DNA of 63,827 nt, counting the filler, from Octopus bimaculoides (Eukaryota), in NCBI RefSeq assembly GCF_001194135.2. It is 6 parts of 6 records of this genome, joined end to end, with 100 filler letters (N's around TTAATTAATTAA, not from the genome) between each part and the next. Parts side by side here need not be neighbours in the genome. Positions count along the whole stretch, not along the records: positions 54,458 to 61,778 come from NC_068999.1; positions 61,879 to 63,827 come from NW_026353494.1; 4 more parts are not named here. One strand, given 5' to 3'. Of the stretch, positions 60,933 to 63,827 are shown one piece after another. The position numbers and the translations under genes were made by a program. The notes under the pieces were generated by a model. The model was not told the origin of the DNA. It did not search any database and worked only from the letters and a program-made list of their open reading frames with translations. The first letter of the stretch is position 1; each line of letters starts with the position of its first letter.

Positions 60933-61737
60933 NNNNNNNNNNNNNNNNNNNNNNNNNNNNNNNNNNNNNNNNNNNNNNNNNNNNNNNNNNNNNNNNNNNN
61001 NNNNNNNNNNNNNNNNNNNNNNNNNNNNNNNNNNNNNNNNNNNNNNNNNNNNNNNNNNNNNNNNNNNNNNNNNNNNNNNNNNNNNNNNNNNNNNNNNNNN
61101 NNNNNNNNNNNNNNNNNNNNNNNNNNNNNNNNNNNNNNNNNNNNNNNNNNNNCGAATGCCTGTTAACGAATATATTGAAACAGAGCTGAAAGGAAACTTC
61201 AATTCATGTGAAAATATTCAATTGCATAGAACAAAAGAGCAACGTCTCGAGACGTGACTCGAAGCCGACCGACCAGGTCCCATCCTCTCACCACAACCAC
61301 CACCACCACCACCGCCGCCACCAATCACTACACGTATGCAGTTATATGCATAACATACACACACATAGACAGAGAGAGATATGCATATACCTGCCGCCTA
61401 AACGGCCAACAAGCCTATTCATTCATTCACTCGACCCACCTGACTCCCCGGCCTTCCAACCTACCTACCTACGTACGTACCTACCTACGTACGTACCTAC
61501 CTACGTACGTACCTACCTACGTACGTACCTACCTACCTACTTATCATAAGAAGCAAAGACAAAGTCATCCGCTTTGCTGGTTGGTTGGTTGGTTGGTTGG
61601 ATGGATGGTCAGTTGGTTGGATAGTCGGGTGTTCGGTCACCCACCCGGTTACCGACAACTACAGACCCATAGATTATTTCCACATGTTCTTCAAAGTGCC
61701 TACCTGCCTCTCTCTTCCCCATCTCTCACTTTCTGCG

Positions 61738-61778
<41 letters not shown>

Positions 61779-63199
61779 NNNNNNNNNNNNNNNNNNNNNN
61801 NNNNNNNNNNNNNNNNNNNNNNTTAATTAATTAANNNNNNNNNNNNNNNNNNNNNNNNNNNNNNNNNNNNNNNNNNNNATATATATATATATATTTATAT
61901 ATATACACACACACACACGACTGGCTTCTCTCCCTTCTCGTCTACCAAATCTATTCACCACTCTTTGGTCGATCTGTCGCAACAATAGAAGATACTTGCC
62001 TCAATTAAACTGCTACCCAATGGAATTGAACCCGCAACCATGTGGTTCGGAAGCAAACTACTCACCACACACCAACCCCTACCCATTTCGATATTGATTT
62101 AAATCGATATTGACTTTAATAGAAGGTTCAGCCAGCGCATAGCTTGCAGATATTATTCCCTTAATTATTTTCTCTTAAATATTTCATTGATAATATAAAA
62201 GGCCTCCGGCGAACTCATGTGTGTTGTTAACTAATCTTCTTATATTTGCTTTTATCTTGAAAAATCATATCTTATAAAAGAGATGCCTTAGGTTATAGGT
62301 GCGTGTGCGTGCGTACGTGCGTGCATGTGTGTATGAATAAGAGTCTGCGGTTAAGTTGTCTATGTAGGTTAAGTTATAGGTTGCTTTGTCATGCAAATGA
62401 AGATATGTATGCGTGTGTTAATACTATAGATGTTGCTTAACCCAGCGGACTTGTAATCTGAAGTATTTAAAGAAGCTATCATTTCATTTCCCTGACTCTT
62501 AAATCTATCTGCAGTCAGTTCAAGTTGATCAACCGACCACATTTCGCCATTAACTTATCTATTAGAGTGATGTTCAATTGTCACTTGTAGTAGTGGTATT
62601 GAGGATAATTTACACGATAGAGCATGTGTTTGGACATAATTATTCTCTTTTTCTCTTATTTCTAAGTGCATTGCAGGCATTTTTCCTTGTTATACATTGT
62701 TATACATTTATAAACAATCATTCCGAACACCACACTCAAATGCAAAGAATTTCGATTAAAAGGGAATAATTAAGAATAAAGCCTCACCTCTTAAAGTTTT
62801 GGCATCATTCATTGTAAAATCAGGCATGTACAATATTTTATAAGGTTTCACTACGATCGTAACATATCTGCATTTTAATTAAAATAAAGGTTTCAAATAT
62901 CAAACTCTTTGTATATGTCATTAACCAATTCCAGGTTAAAGTTGTTATAATATCCTGTTGGTAATATATCGTTTCTGTTTCGTCAAAAAATCAACTTTAT
63001 AATTCTTCTGTTTATTCATTAACGGTCAAACAAACGTGATGATATCTAACATTAATAATCAAATTCTAAAAGCGTTTCATTTTTCTGCAAACATTTTCGT
63101 TAACAAAAACTATTAAAAAGGTTACTCATTAAAAATAAGATTACTCTGAGAGGTCCTCGATCGATTTCACGGATTAAAAAGTGAGTGAGAGAAAGAGAG

Positions 63200-63236
<37 letters not shown>

Positions 63237-63827
63237 AAGGACGAAAGAAAGAAAGAGGGAGAAGAAACATTTTAAAAATTCAAATCAGGACACCTTCTGA
63301 CAGAGAAAAAAAAAAATCAATAAATGACACAAACATAATGCTTCATGGCAAACTGAGAAACCTTCGGCTTTGTAAATATTAACTCGAACCGGAAAAAAAA
63401 AAAGAAAAATATTCATGAAGCGTGCTGGCAAATATAAGACGGTAGAAAATAATCTAAATGAGATATGCTCTTCTTTTCGAATATCATTAAAGAAAATCAC
63501 AAAAACAACTGAAATAAAGAACAACACAACGCAATAAACGAGTTACGACGAGGTCATTCGATTTGCTGGGTATAACAATCAACATTTCCAAAAGTGACAT
63601 TCTTCTGTATTGGGAGAGAGATTTTAAAGTTTTTTTTTCCAGTCATTAGACTGCGGCCATGCCGGTGCACCACCTTCAAGAATTTCTAATCGAAGGTAAT
63701 GGCCGTGGTACTTAATTTTTCAATGCCTAGTGCTTATTTTCTCTGATTATTTTCGTTGAACCGCTATGTTACGAAAATCTAAACACAACGACACCAGTTA
63801 TTAAGCGGTGGCAGGGGAACAAACACA

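Noticed and set aside
1-63827. CRISPR array or prokaryotic defence system
   Set aside because: The sequence is eukaryotic (spliceosomal introns, SINEs) and has no repeat-spacer periodicity.

Overview
AT-rich, microsatellite-dense animal genomic DNA from a gapped draft assembly. The repeat families suggest an octopus/coleoid cephalopod; this is an inference from recall. Two spliced genes can be partly reconstructed. (1) On the + strand, three consecutive coding exons of a DMXL1/2 (Rabconnectin-3 alpha) orthologue lie at 29355-29480, 31125-31196 and 37353-37431. The first coding exon and everything after the third were not found. (2) On the - strand, apparently inside the DMXL locus, three exons (48680-48429, 46417-46274, 42766-42608) encode a signal peptide, a divergent DOMON domain and a linker typical of DBH-like monooxygenases (MOXD1 family). 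Its catalytic exons were not found. The rest is transposon debris: tRNA-derived SINEs, RTE, R4/Dong-like and Tx1-like LINE fragments, mariner, hAT, piggyBac-like and pogo-like elements, Helitron pieces and probable Penelope-like termini. Most notable are four minimal hammerhead-ribozyme motifs from three sequence families. One is fused downstream of a tRNA-derived SINE head and two form an inverted pair. An RTE fragment shows a twin-priming-like 5' inversion. Five 100-bp gaps carry an artificial TTAATTAATTAA linker, so order and distance across them are uncertain. No CRISPR array, rRNA or convincing intact tRNA gene was seen.
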